A stretch of 64,000 nt of DNA, from positions 1-64,000 of the forward strand of contig NW_015170299.1 of the NCBI RefSeq assembly GCF_001447785.1, in the 5' to 3' direction. Below, one piece after another: positions 1-12,257 of the stretch (its first letter is position 1; every line of letters begins with the position of its first letter). The DNA is from Gekko japonicus (lineage: Eukaryota). The notes beneath the pieces were generated by a model that had not been told where the DNA came from, searched no databases, and saw only the letters and a list, made by a program, of their open reading frames with translations. The position numbers were made by a program, and so were the translations under genes.

Positions 1-3000
1 ATTCTGCCTTTTGGGGCAGTCTTTTTTTTAAAAAAACCCTCTGATCGCTATCCACTCCTGCTGATCCATATGGGAAAAAACTATACGGCCCGAAAAAACC
101 TTGAATGGATCTCCAAAGACTACAAGGCTCTGGGCATGAAGGTGAAAGATCTGGGGGCTTAGGTGGTGTTCTCCTCCATTTTACCTGTTGAGGGCCATGG
201 AGCTGGAAGGAAGAACAGGATACTGGAGGTGAATGGCTGGTTACGTAGATGGTGCCATCGAGAGGGATTTGGCTTCCTGGACCATGGTATGTACCTCCAA
301 CATGAAGAATGGGAGGAATGTCTTTGCTAGAAGACTTGCGAACCTGATCAAGAGGGCTTTAAACTGAAGCCATCAGGGGTGGGAAGAAAAAGCCTGATGT
401 TGTGCAACATCCCCAACACTAAGTTCAAGAAGGGAAGTGACCAGAGAATAAATGAACGGGAGAGAGATGAGTTCAATAATTTTCAGGTAAATTTGAAGGG
501 ACCTATAATAAGAAAGGATGTCTGTAATCTGAGATGTCTTTATACTAATGCACAGAGTATGGAAAATAAACAAGATAAAATTGAACTTCAAATATTGGAA
601 AGTAAGTATGATCTGATAGGTATCACTGAGACTTGGTGGGATGAATCTCATATATGGAACATGGCGATTGAAGGATATATCTTGTTCAAATGGAACAGAA
701 TAAACAAAGAAGGAGGCAGGTCGCACTATATGTCAAAAATGAATACACTTGCACTGAAATTCAGGATTTCGAGAGTTGCCCTGTTGAAAGTATGTGGGTA
801 AGAATAGAGGGAGGGGAAAAAGAAGGGGATATTGTTATGTGGGTATACTACAGACCTCCGAACCAACCAGAGGAACTGGATAATGCATTTGTACAACAGC
901 TTGTTAAACTTTCACAGAGACAGGATGTAGTGTTTATGGGAGATTTCAACTATCCAGATATTTGCTGGAAATCTAACTCTGCTAGACATGAGGCATCCCA
1001 CAGATTCTTGAACAGTCTTGCAGACAACTTCATCTCTCAGAAGGTGGAGGTGGGAACCAGAGGATCTGCTATCCTGGATTTAATCCTAACAGGGAAGAAC
1101 TGGTTGATGAAGTGAACGTTGTGGGATCCTTGGGGAATAGTGACCATGTCAGCTTGGAATTTGACATAAGAGAAGGATGTGAAACCAGGACACAGTAGGA
1201 CTTGTATCCTAGACTTCAGGAAAGCTGATTTCAAAAAACTCAAGAGAAATATTAGGTAGGATTTTGTGGCTGGAAATGCTGAGGGGGGAATCTGCACAGG
1301 AAGGATGGGTGATGCTGAAAAATGAAGTGCTTAAGGCACAATCACAAACTGTTCTGGTAAGAAAGAAAGGTGGGAGATGGGTAATGAAGCCAAGGTGGTT
1401 GAACAAGGAACTCTCTAAAGAGTTGAGACTAAAAAGGGAAATGTACAGGAAATGGAAGGAGGGTCAAATTACTGAGGATGAGTACAAGAAGCAGACTCGA
1501 ATCTGTAGGGATGGTGTCAGAAAGGCTAAAGCGCAGATGGAGCTGAGGCTTGCAAGGGATGCTAAAAACAACAAGAAAAGTTTCTATGCCTATGTTCGGA
1601 GCAAAAAGAACAGAGATGGGGTAAGCTCATTGCTGGGGAAGACGGTCAAGCCTTAACAAGGGATGAAGACAAAGCAGAATTACTCAACTTTCACTTTGCA
1701 TCGTTCTTTAACCATAAAGTGAGCTGTATACAAACTGAAGAATGCAGGGCATATGAAGGAAGGAGGAACTGCCAGTCCAGAGTAACTAAGGAAACGGTTA
1801 GAGAGCATCTAGCTGCCTTAAGTACTTTCAAATCTCCAGGGCCGGATGGCTTGCATCCCAGGGTGCTAAAAGAAACTGCAGATGTTATTTCAGGACCTCT
1901 GGCTCTAATCTTTGAGATGTCCTGGAGTACTGGTGTTGTGCCGGAAGACTGGAGAAGAGCTAATGTTGTCCCGATCTTCAAGAAGGGAAAAAAGACTGAC
2001 ACAGGAAATTACAGGCCTGTCAGTTTGACATCAGTACCTGGGAAAATTCTAGAGCAGATTATTAAACACTCTGTCTGTGAGCAACTTCAACAAAATGAGT
2101 TAACTGGTAGTAGCCAGCATGGGTTTATCAAGAATAAGTCATGCCAGACCAACCTTACCTCCTGTTTTGACAGAGTTACTAAAATGGTTGACTCTGGCAA
2201 TGCTGTGGATATAGTGTATCTAGATTTCAGCAAAGCATTTGACAAAGTTTCTCATGATATCCTTGAGGATAAACTGGTTAAGTGTGGGCTGGATGGTGCA
2301 ACCGTTGGATGAATTCATTGTTGGTTGAAAAATCATACCCAACAAGTGCTTGTAAATGGCTCTGCGTCTACGTGGAGGGAAGTCTCGAGTGGAGTGCCAC
2401 AGGGCTAAGTCCTGGGCCCGGTGTTGTTCAATGTTTTTATAAATGACCTGGAGGAAGACATAGAGGGGATGCTTATCAAATTTGCAGATGACACTAAGCT
2501 GGGTGCGATTGCTAATTCTGAAGAAGACAGAGTCAGGATTCAAAATGATCTAGGTAGGCTGGAACAGTGGGCTGAGACAAATAAAATGAATTTCAATAGA
2601 GATAAGTGCAAAGTCTTACACTTAGGTACAAAAAATCAAAGGCACAGATATAGAATGGGAGGGACTTGGCTTGACAGCAGCACATGTGAAAGGGATCTAG
2701 GTGTTCTGGTTGATCACAAGCTAAACATGAGCCTGCAGTGCGATGTGACTGCGAAGTAAGCGAATGCAATCTTAGGATGCATTAACAGAAGCATTGTGTC
2801 CAGATCACGGGAGGTGGTTGTTCCGCTCTATTCTGCTATGGTCAGGCCGCACCTGGAGTACTGTGTCCACTTTTGGGCACTACATTTTAGCAAGGATGTT
2901 TACAAGCTCGAGCATGTCCAGAAGAGGGCAACCAGGATGGTGAGAGGGTTGGAATCCAAGTCTTATGAGGCAAGGCTGAAAGAGTTGGGTATGTTTAGCC

Positions 3001-3378
3001 TGGGAAAGAGAAGGCTTAGAGGGGACATGACTGCATTCTTCAAGTATTTGAAGGGCTGTCATATAGAAGATGGAGCAGATCTATTCTCTCTTGCTCCGGA
3101 TTGCAAGACTAGATCTAATGGGTGGAGATTACAAGGAAGTCGTTACCAGCTAAATATCAGGAGAAACTTCCTAACTGTAAGAGTGGTTGAGCAGTGGAAC
3201 AGACTGCCTCGGGAGGTGGTGGATGCTCCTTCGCTGGACGTTTTCAAGCGGAGGCTGGACGACCATCTTTTGGGTATGTTGTAGAGCTATCTTTTGGCTA
3301 TGCTCCTGCAGAGTGCAGGGGGTTGGACTAGATGACCTGCAAGGTCCCTTCCAACTCTAACATTCTATGATTCTATGA
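1..3378 (+). mobile_element. CR1 LINE, long degenerate copy (end of ORF1 plus frameshifted ORF2 endonuclease/RT), in AVEN intron 1
   Basis: ORF fragments carry APE endonuclease motifs (CLYTNAQSM, GITETWWD, YYRPP, MGDFNYPDICW) and RT motifs (KSPGPDGLHP, NYRPVSLTS, YLDFSKAFD, KFADDTK). The 3' end has the CR1 (ATTCTATG)n tail at about 3362-3378. Confidence 0.95.
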
Positions 3379-3489
3379 TCTCTGTAGTCTGGAGATGAGC
3401 TGTAATTCTGGAGAGATCCCCAGTCCCACCTGGAGGCTGCCATTCCTAGCCAGCCACAGGTAATCCCATACACGTATTTTTGTACAATA

Positions 3490-3685
3490 GTTAGGATCTG
3501 GGAGACCCAAGTTCAAAATCACCACTCTATAGTGGATGCTCACTGCGCGTGTGTGACCTTGGGCCAATCACTCACTCTCAACCTAACCTACTTCACAGTG
3601 TAGGAGGATAAAACTGAGGGGGAAGGATGATATTCCAAGTAGCTGGGTGTCTCCACTGAGGAGAAAAGCAGTGTATAAATATCTA
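3490..3685 (+). mobile_element. tRNA-derived SINE fragment (Squam3/MIR-like)
   Basis: GGATCTGGGAGACCCAAGTTCAAA B-box-like head and TGACCTTGGGCCAATCAC core shared with other SINE copies in the window; boundaries approximate. Confidence 0.6.
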
Positions 3686-3882
3686 AACAAGCTATTCCAA
3701 ACTTGGGCATGCTTCCAGTGTAGTTCTCTGTATTTGTGTATGAAGCAAAAACGAATAGATGAAGACAATTTCCCTACTCCAGTAATAACGGGATTGTGAT
3801 CTTAAGTCATCACTATACAGCAACAAAGACAGAAGTCAGGTAACAAACAAAATACTAACTGCATTTATGTAATGATTTTTGG

Positions 3883-4411
3883 TAGGGTTGTGTTATGTAT
3901 TGAAGTTCGACCGCGTGCGAGACCGGACCTCCATGCGGTCATGCGCAGCAGCTGAACTTCACCCCAGAGAACAATGGCCCGAGCGGATCCTAGCCCACAC
4001 CTATCGGAGAGCTAGGATACTAGGGAGGACCTATGAAACACCTATGTAAATAACCTATCACTGGTGTGGGGTGTGTTTTGGGTGTGGGGTTTACTGGAAA
4101 TATAAGCCAGCCTGCAAGCTGGTAGAGTTTGTCCCGTTCTTCACTTAAAATAAAAGTATGAGCTGAAATCACTGCATCAGTCTCAGTACTTTTCAGGTTG
4201 CTGGCTCTGGATTACGAAATTCCCAACGATTTGGGGGGTGGGAGCTCAGGAGTACAGGGTTTGGGGAGGGGAGAGACCTCCATGGGGTATAATGCCATAG
4301 AGTCTACCTTCCAAAATAGACATGTTCTCCAGGGGAAATGATCTCTTTTACCTGGAGACCAGATGTAATTCTGGGAGACCTCCAGCCACCACCTGGAGCC
4401 TGGCAGCTCTT
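3883..4411. mobile_element. hAT-type MITE (TAGGGTTGCCA TIR family), left TIR interrupted by a solo LTR
   Basis: TAGGGTTG at 3883-3890 resumes as GGTTGCTGGC at 4196. The body matches the intact copy at 30916-31136, and there is a degenerate right TIR near 4402-4411. Confidence 0.75.
3891..4195 (+). mobile_element. Solo LTR (Gypsy/ERV-type)
   Basis: Starts TG(TTATG) and ends (TTT)CA, with a 5-bp TSD GGTTG (3886-3890 and 4196-4200). Internal TATAAG at 4101 and AATAAA at 4149-4154. Confidence 0.85.
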
Positions 4412-4759
4412 CCTTTTGGCTTCACTGCTTACAAAACAAACAAACAAAAAATCTCTGTACTTTTAGTACAAGGAGAGAACAATTTTTAAAGCACTAAGAC
4501 TTCTTAAAGATTCTCTGCATGAAGGAAAATGACAGAAGTGACCAAAACCATGCACAGATTTATGCCAGTACACTAAAACAATCACACAGCTGCTCAACTG
4601 AATATTCATTAAGAGATCTTGCGCCTACCACCTTCTTAACAAACGACCAGTATTTGGGCTGCAGAAACTTTATGGTCTATCAATATGTTAGCTATCAACA
4701 ATGTCAAGATTTATGTTGTCAAGTATGCAAATACTTAGTGAGATTGACTTCCAAGAACA

Positions 4760-5420
4760 GACGTATTAGGGTCGCGGATTGGGGGGGGGGGGGGTCGGGA
4801 ACAGTGTGGATTCAGAAAACGTACTAGCTGGGGTTCCAGTGGAAAATGCTTCAAATGTGCGCGTCAAATACTCAACACTCTTAACATAATATACCCAGAA
4901 AAGGAGTCTAAAATAACCACGATGCACTCTCAGCGCGAGGGGTGTGTGAACAAGTGCGGAAGCGACGCAGTTTAGCTCCGCCTCGGCAGGGGGGAGGCAA
5001 TCTTCTCTCTTACCGGCTCGTAACAATGAGGAGCTGAGGAAGACGGAGCGGCTCCTCTGCCACGAGAGTCTCGCCTGCCATGTCCTCCGCCTCTTCCTCG
5101 GCTCCCGCCTCCGCGGTTATGGCCGTCTTCACCGCAGCCTCGGGCGCTTTCTGCGGGCCTTTCCCGACCGCTCGGCCGCCTCCGATTTTGCCTTCCGCCT
5201 CCCCTTCGGGGCCTGCCGCCGCGTTCAGACTGCATTACAGCCAGTCTACCCGCCACGCTGCTCTCAGCGGGCCTGCGCGGGGTCCCCGCCCCCTCCGGGA
5301 AACGGGAAGCTCCTTCTCTGAAAGAGCGCCAGGCTTGGGCCTAGCGAGCGAGGCTCATGAAACCCCGCCAAGGCCTCACACCTTTCTAGAAATAGGCTGG
5401 TAGCGGAGGGGGGGGGAGTC
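4760..5420. promoter_or_regulatory. CpG island / AVEN promoter
   Basis: High GC and CpG density around the first exon; GC box CCCCGCCCC at about 5284. Confidence 0.75.
5014..5235 (-). CDS. AVEN: Apoptosis and caspase activation inhibitor AVEN, coding exon 1
   Basis: MQSERGGRPRRGGG... is an RGG-rich N-terminus like AVEN's MQAERG... The exon is 222 nt and ends at a phase-0 donor CCG|GTAAGA. It lies in a CpG island and is syntenic with CHRM5/EMC7. Confidence 0.85.
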
Positions 5421-7057
5421 AGAATAAAATGTAGCGCTCAGTGACATTTAATTATAATGCTTGGAGAGCGAGTAAATACAGCATGATTTAACACCACACG
5501 GAGGATGTCGGAACACAAACAGAAGTCGATCTTTAGCATCGGGCAGCAGGTTCCGCACGAATCCGCACGACATAATACAGAATGGTCTTATCCATACAAG
5601 CGCTACTGTCTTTTGAGCCCTTTTTCTGGAAATGTTTAATACAGAGGGATTTAATGTGCATATGATTCTGGTGCAAGATTCTTACAACTTAGCTGACAAA
5701 GTTAACCCCTCACAAATCAATTAACGAGATCTATGTACAACAACTCTTTGAAAAGACAGTCGTAAACAACTTCCTTAATAAAAATAGTTATCCAGAGTAG
5801 CATATCTGTCAAAGCTTTCACGCCTCAAGATCACTTAACGTTTTTTAAAGCCGCTTCTTAGATATTTTAGGGTGGTTGAAGAACGCTAGAAAAAGTGATT
5901 CCATCGACTCCACTCCAAGTATCTGGTTACTTCACCAGAGATCTACCACTGCATGGACCAAAAGGTGAAAGAGTACCCATCAAAATCTGGGGCCAAGCAT
6001 ACAGTTGGAAGCCGTTGATACACCTGTCTGCTCCACAGACTCTGCCCAGCAGATAACAAGCTTAGGGTCTTAGCTGTTGTTGAATAACTTGTTATCATTG
6101 TAGTTATATGTTTGGTGCAATATTATTGATACATTTTACTGAATTTTATTACTTTATTATCATGTTTGTCTTCCTCATTATCGCATTTCTTTCCACATAT
6201 TCGTCATCAATTATACATTTTTTAATTTTGTTGCAATGTGTAATATTTGTTCCTTCCCATTGTGAAATTCTTGCAATATCAATAAAAGCTCAGTTAATGG
6301 ATGAACTAGATATTATTTCCCAGGGCAATTTTACATAGACGCACACACATAGACACACAAATCTTCTCCGCCTCATCAGAAAGTGGAAGAAAATCCTTTT
6401 GAAACAGAGTCTTTGTTGTGCCAATAAAATTTTTGCAATTACACAGGCGAAATCTTGATTCAAGTTTCACATTTGAAATTGCAGTAGCATTTATAAACTA
6501 TGGAAAACTAATCCATAATAAAAGTGTTCTGGAAAGGATAGAATAGCTAGAAATCTATACACATAATTGCCTCAATTAGGTAGCAGCTTGACACAACTGG
6601 ACCATGTAGTCAATACCAATTTTCTTACAAATCCCGATTTCACACATTCAGTCTCCTCCTTCCCAGTGTATTTTGTGTAAAATAACAGAATTAGTCTTAT
6701 ATTATAAGGCACAATAACAATGTAGTTAAAACTATTCTGCACATAAGTATGTGTAGAGGGTGCTAATCCCCTGCATAAATGATAAATACCCAAAATGCAT
6801 GTGTTTGTCACTGAGATATTGCACTCATTTTCCTCTGTGTTTTGATCATGCATATACCAGTTGTTAATTGAGCTCTAGAATTCAAAAATAATTATAGCAA
6901 TATTTAATATTTAACAACTTTGTTGTCTCTTCAATAATCCTAAGAAAACAATAAGGGGACCAGCAATTTATCTGTCCATGTTTCTTCAATAATCCTACCA
7001 GCAAAAATTATTTATGTAAGGCACAGTTCAGTTTCATGAAACTTGGTCGTCTGGACT

Positions 7058-7243
7058 TTTTTTAAATTGAAGTATTTAATCCTGCTTCCATATAATTCAA
7101 ACAATACATAACACAGCATACATTACACATACATAACACAGCATACATTACATTACATACCTCAATACATCGAATGCTTCTTTCCCCATTCCCTTTTTCC
7201 CCTCCCCCCCTCAAAACGACCAACAATAATTCCTTATTTTATA
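7058..7243 (-). mobile_element. 5'-truncated retroposon 3' end (L1-like) with poly(A) tail
   Basis: The minus strand reads ...ATTAAATACTTCAATTTAAAAAAA and the segment is flanked by TCTGGACT at 7050-7057 and 7244-7251. Confidence 0.6.
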
Positions 7244-7251
7244 TCTGGACT

Positions 7252-7564
7252 CAGGGCTCTAGTCGGGGGGGAGCTCTCAGGTACGGAGCTCCGGAAGAGA
7301 ACCTCTAGGGGGCGGGGCGGTCACGTGGTGAAGCCCCGCCCCCTTCTTTACCCCGCCCTCTGCTTCGATCCTCATTCCGTTTGGGAATGAGGATGAAGCA
7401 GGAGGGTAAGTAGCCAGGCCTTCTGACACACTTCCGGTGATGTCAGGGGGTGTGGCCTTCTGTCACTTCCGGTGATGTCAGGGGGCGTGGCATATGCAAA
7501 TAAGTTATGCTAATGAGTTATGCTAATGAGCTCCGGCAGCTCTTTTTCTACAACAAGACCCCTG
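7252..7564. mobile_element. hAT-type MITE (CAGGG...CCCTG) with perfect 8-bp TSD
   Basis: Short TIRs CAGGG/CCCTG; TSD TCTGGACT at 7244-7251 and 7565-7572; GC-rich with internal repeats. Confidence 0.85.
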
Positions 7565-9042
7565 TCTGGACTTATTGCAGACAGAGACTTGGATCTACTG
7601 GTAGTTTCCTTGAATGAAAGGGTTTCCAGCCACAGACTTCCTTACTTCCCCTTCCTGCTGCATCCCCAAATGCCCACCAAAATGCTGCTTCTGGAGAACG
7701 GGAACCCCAGGAATAGCATAAAGGGGGGGGGAATATGGAAGTCTGCTATGGAGGAGAGAATTTGCTAAAATTGCCCACAGGATAACTGAAGAACTCCATG
7801 CTAGACAGTCAAAATTTATGATATAATAGTCAGTCCTCCAGTCCACTGATATTATTGGTATTCCTCTCCTCTCATGTTGACTATGTCAACGAGGATTTAT
7901 TTTCTTCTGTAGAATATGGAGATAAAATGTTTGAGAGGCTTTTTTTTAATGGTAGGAGGTGGTCTGGGTTAGTCTTATCATTAGGAAACTGTAGTCAACC
8001 ACGTGTATTAGGAGTGCCTTTTCTGAGGTAGCAGATGAAAAGAAACTTACTGTTCCACCTAGTTACATATTTTCTTCCACTCCAGAAGCATAAGCAAGGA
8101 GTATTAATAGACAAAGTTATAATATAGGGAGATGGGAAAGCCAGGCAACAAGTGAGAAATTATGGATGCAGTGAGCAGAAAAAGGGTTATAGATTGAAGT
8201 TAAAATATGTACAAAGGTTCCTTGGGGTTTATTGAATACATATTATAAAAGAAAAAATTGAAGAACATTTTAATTTTTTAATATAATACACCAAGATGCC
8301 GTAGGTTGTGTGGTTAGTGAAATGCTCAGAAGTGTATTAGCACTTCCCCCTCTTCCTGCCTGCTGCTGAATGGCTAGAATGTGAGCCCTACCTTATTCCA
8401 GTTTGCCTTTTAGTGGAACTCAAACCCCTCACTTCAGTGAGCTACTGGGAAATATGAAAGTTCTATCCCATGTACAGAGTTTTTATCATGTTGGCTTGAG
8501 AGAATAATCCAAAACATACCTAATCATTCCTCTTGGATTAATATTTCAAACTATTTATCAGACTTTTGCTTGATAAGGAGTTCTGCATCACTAAGCATCC
8601 TTCATACTAACAGCAATAGAATGAACTAACCCAGTTTCTAAGATCTCTCGGCCCCTCTCCCACCTGAGCTCGAGCGTATAGCTATGGTGGGGTGCATTTT
8701 CAGTACTGGAAGTCTGATTTTGAAATACTCTGCTCAGGCAGCTTCAGAAGCTCCCTGCATTAATTTCTTTTAAGGTACCAAGACCTTTTAGTTTTCCATA
8801 TGCATGAAAATGCTTTTGCTCTTTTATGGCAGCTTTATTGAAATTCTGATTTTCTCATTCTGCTGCCAATTATTATTATTGTTTTATTGCCTCTGGTTTT
8901 TTTCATATATTGCTTTTATTTGTTTGCAGATTGGTTTTACTATAAACTGCTTTGGGGACCTTTAAAGTGAAAAAATTAGTTCATAATATTTTAAGTCAAT
9001 ACAAAATAAATGGAGGTTTATCTGATAAGGTATCACTGTGAC

Positions 9043-9548
9043 CAATGTTCCCTCTAAGCTGTGGAGTCTTGTGAGCACAACTTCTACTTTGTGAGCTACT
9101 GGCATTAAAGTTGTGAGCGCAATTTGGCTGCTGCATACAGTTTGGTGTAGTGGTTAAGAGCCAGTTTGGTGTAGTGGTTAAGTGTGCGGACTCTAATCTG
9201 GGAGAACCGGGTTTGATTCCCCACTCCTCCACTTGCACCTGCTGATGTGACCTTGGGTCAGTCACAAGCTCTGGCACAGCTGTCCTTGAAAAAGAGCAGT
9301 TTGTGTCAGAGTTCTCTCAGCCCCACCCACCTCACAGGGTGTCTGTTGTGGGGAGGGGAAGGGAGAGGAGTTTGTAAGCCGCTCTGAGACACCAAGTGAA
9401 GGGCGGGGTATAAATCCAATCTCTTCTTCTTCTTATTATTATTATTATTAGTCTGCTCTGGAGCCATCCTTCCTGAGCTAAGACAAAAATGTGTGAGCCG
9501 GAGGCTAAAAAACTGTGAGCTAGCTCACACTGCTTAGAGGGAACACTG
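9043..9548. mobile_element. hAT-like MITE (CA(A/G)TGTTCCCTCTAAGC TIRs) interrupted by a SINE
   Basis: 17-bp TIRs CAATGTTCCCTCTAAGC (9043) and GCTTAGAGGGAACACTG (ending 9548); flanks share TGTGAC as an imperfect TSD. Confidence 0.75.
9138..9449 (+). mobile_element. Squam3-like tRNA-derived SINE with duplicated head
   Basis: A-box TGGTGTAGTGGTTAAG present twice, B-box GGTTTGATTCCC, and a (CTT)n/(TTA)n tail. Confidence 0.8.
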
Positions 9549-9790
9549 ATGTGACTACTTTGTATGTGAAAAACTGGTCACAGAATATTATAAAATATCT
9601 TTGAAATTCAGTGTAATTAAAATTGAAATTATATTTCACCATTTTCTTATGCAAATAAATTTGGCAGCAACCCATTATTATTTCATAAGCTTCCTCTCTC
9701 TTTCTCTCTCATTAAAAAGGTGTCTTCAAAGGAAGATGAAAAATCTAGAGCAACTTTTAAAAGCCTGATGTTAACACACCAAGAAAAAGG

Positions 9791-11374
9791 ATGGAAGAAA
9801 AAATTTATAACAATTCAACCAATGGTACAACTGCTAACCATAAACATTCAGGAGGACATAGTCTTTGGGAAGTAATTACCATTGCTACTGTAACAGCAAT
9901 TTTAAGTTTAATAACCATTGTAGGGAATGTTCTTGTAATGATATCCTTCAAAGTCAACAGCCAGCTCAAGACAGTAAACAATTACTATTTACTCAGTCTT
10001 GCTTGTGCAGACCTTATCATTGGAATATTCTCTATGAATCTTTATACATCCTACATATTAATAGGTCACTGGTCTCTTGGAAGTCTGGCATGTGACTTAT
10101 GGTTAGCTCTGGATTATGTAGCTAGCAATGCCTCAGTGATGAATTTGCTGGTTATCAGTTTTGACCGTTATTTTTCTATTACGAGACCATTGACCTACAG
10201 GGCTAAACGCACACCCAAAAGGGCTGGCATTATGATTGGTCTAGCTTGGTTAATTTCCTTTGTCCTGTGGGCACCAGTAATCTTATGTTGGCAGTACTTT
10301 GTAGGGGAACGAACTGTCCCACATGGAGAATGCCAAATACAATTTTTATATGAACCCATTGTCACCTTTGGTACTGCAATTGCTGCATTCTATATCCCAG
10401 TTTCAGTGATGACAATTTTGTATTGCCGTATTTATAAGGAGACTGAAAAACGCACCAAGGACCTGGCTGAACTTCAAGGGTCCCATTCAGTGGCTGAATT
10501 TGAAATGATAAAGCCTCAGAAAGCTCTGCTAAAGTCCTGCTTTAGTTGCAAGCAGCAAAATTTGGTCAAAAGGGAAAGATGCCAGGCTTCGTGGTCTTCA
10601 TCCAGCCAAAGTACTTCTGCAACAGCAAAAGCATCTCAGATCCAAAATACTTGTCATGACTGGTCTAAGGCAGACCAGCTAACCACCTGCAGCAGCTATG
10701 CATCCTCAGAAGAGGAGGATAAACATGCTTCTGATTCCGTCTTTCAAGTAGCATATAAGACCTCAGTAAAACGCAATGATGAAGAGCATAAAGAAGAGAA
10801 AAGGGAAGCTTTTATAAAAGACCAGCCTAGGGAAACGGACTATGAAACCCAGAAATACTTCCTAACGCCAACCAAAGGCCATGTTCAAAAGAGTAACAAA
10901 TGTGTAGCTTATAAATTCCGGTTGGTGGTTAAAGCTGATGGTACCCCAGAAACCAACAACGGCTGCCGAAAAGTAAAAATCACTCCTTGTTCTGCTTCTT
11001 TATCCAAGGATGCTTCCATCAAAGGTATGGATCCAAATATAAACAATCAAATTACTAAAAGAAAAAGAATGGTTCTTATAAAGGAACGTAAAGCAGCCCA
11101 GACTTTAAGTGCCATTCTTCTAGCTTTCATAATCACCTGGACGCCCTATAATATAATGGTTTTGGTCTCCACATTCTGCTCAGATTGTATTCCTCCAACA
11201 CTGTGGCACCTTGGCTACTGGTTATGCTATGTGAATAGTACTGTTAATCCAATCTGTTATGCTCTTTGTAACAAAACTTTCAGAAAAACCTTTAAATTGT
11301 TGCTCTTTTGTCAGTGGAAGAAGAAGAAAATGGAAGAAAAATTATACTGGCAGGGTAATACAAAGCTGCCTTAA
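9791..11374 (+). CDS. CHRM5: Muscarinic acetylcholine receptor M5 (intronless CDS, 527 aa)
   Basis: 7TM class A GPCR with Asp3.32 (LDYV), DRY, long ICL3, [16 protein letters not shown] and NPICY. The C-terminus [18 protein letters not shown] is M5-like. A pyrimidine tract and AG acceptor lie at 9718-9719. Confidence 0.97.
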   Translation: MEEKIYNNSTNGTTANHKHSGGHSLWEVITIATVTAILSLITIVGNVLVMISFKVNSQLKTVNNYYLLSLACADLIIGIFSMNLYTSYILIGHWSLGSLACDLWLALDYVASNASVMNLLVISFDRYFSITRPLTYRAKRTPKRAGIMIGLAWLISFVLWAPVILCWQYFVGERTVPHGECQIQFLYEPIVTFGTAIAAFYIPVSVMTILYCRIYKETEKRTKDLAELQGSHSVAEFEMIKPQKALLKSCFSCKQQNLVKRERCQASWSSSSQSTSATAKASQIQNTCHDWSKADQLTTCSSYASSEEEDKHASDSVFQVAYKTSVKRNDEEHKEEKREAFIKDQPRETDYETQKYFLTPTKGHVQKSNKCVAYKFRLVVKADGTPETNNGCRKVKITPCSASLSKDASIKGMDPNINNQITKRKRMVLIKERKAAQTLSAILLAFIITWTPYNIMVLVSTFCSDCIPPTLWHLGYWLCYVNSTVNPICYALCNKTFRKTFKLLLFCQWKKKKMEEKLYWQGNTKLP

Positions 11375-12257
11375 ATTTAAATTAAAGAGTTAGAAAAATG
11401 ATTGACCTTGGCCAAGCACTGTAACTTGGCTTCAAGTCTTTAAAAATTTGTTGCTTTGCATGTTTGGAGACACAAGAAGCACAATTTGTATGATGATGAT
11501 AGATCCTTGTGGCTATGAAGAGCAGCCCCAATAATGAACATTTTTATACTAAATGGAACAGTATTAATGTCAATATAGAAAGTCTCTTGTCCACGTTTCA
11601 GCTAGATAAAGAATAATGGACTTTAATTATTAGTGATGGAACAGACCCATAAATTTATCAGATCCATCTGTCTGGAAAGTAACATTGTACTTTCCTTTTA
11701 AAAAAATCTTAAGCTTTGTCCACTTTAGTTATAGCTCTCCGATGAAACAAGGCTTGCATCACTTACTCTGCAAAACTGTGTCTTAATTTGGTGGAAACAA
11801 AAGGAAGTAAAATGCCAGTGTTCAACAGTAACATGTTTAGACTGTAAAGATTTTAGAAGATAAACTGTTGGGGGCGAGTGAATTGCAATGCTTCTGTTTG
11901 GATCATTATTTTTTTTCTGTAGCAACAGAGAGAAGGCTTGTAGGGAATAGACGGTATGATGTCATTTGAAAATGGAGAAGCCATTTACAACACAAACTGT
12001 CAGATAATGCCAACTACAAAGAAGGGAGCAGTTGATTGCCATTTTAATTTTATTTGTCCATACTTGGATGGTTTGGGAGGTTGTTTTTTTAAAAAAAATC
12101 CAACATATTAGTCTGAACTTTTGATTACATGCTACATTTCTCATGACTGCAATCCAGTGTATGGCGTCCAAGAAAAAGATAAAATGACTTATTAAGTTTT
12201 TCATTACCATGCCTGATAACTGTCTTGACACCTGATTCTAAATATATGTGCAGTAAC

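Noticed and set aside
5080-5403. 107-aa plus-strand ORF (and other GC-rich ORFs at 16161-16767 and 31664-32046)
   Set aside because: Antisense shadow of AVEN exon 1, or stop-poor GC-rich repeat DNA; no recognisable domain.
9160-9230. Possible tRNA gene
   Set aside because: A/B boxes continue into a SINE body and microsatellite tail; no complete cloverleaf.
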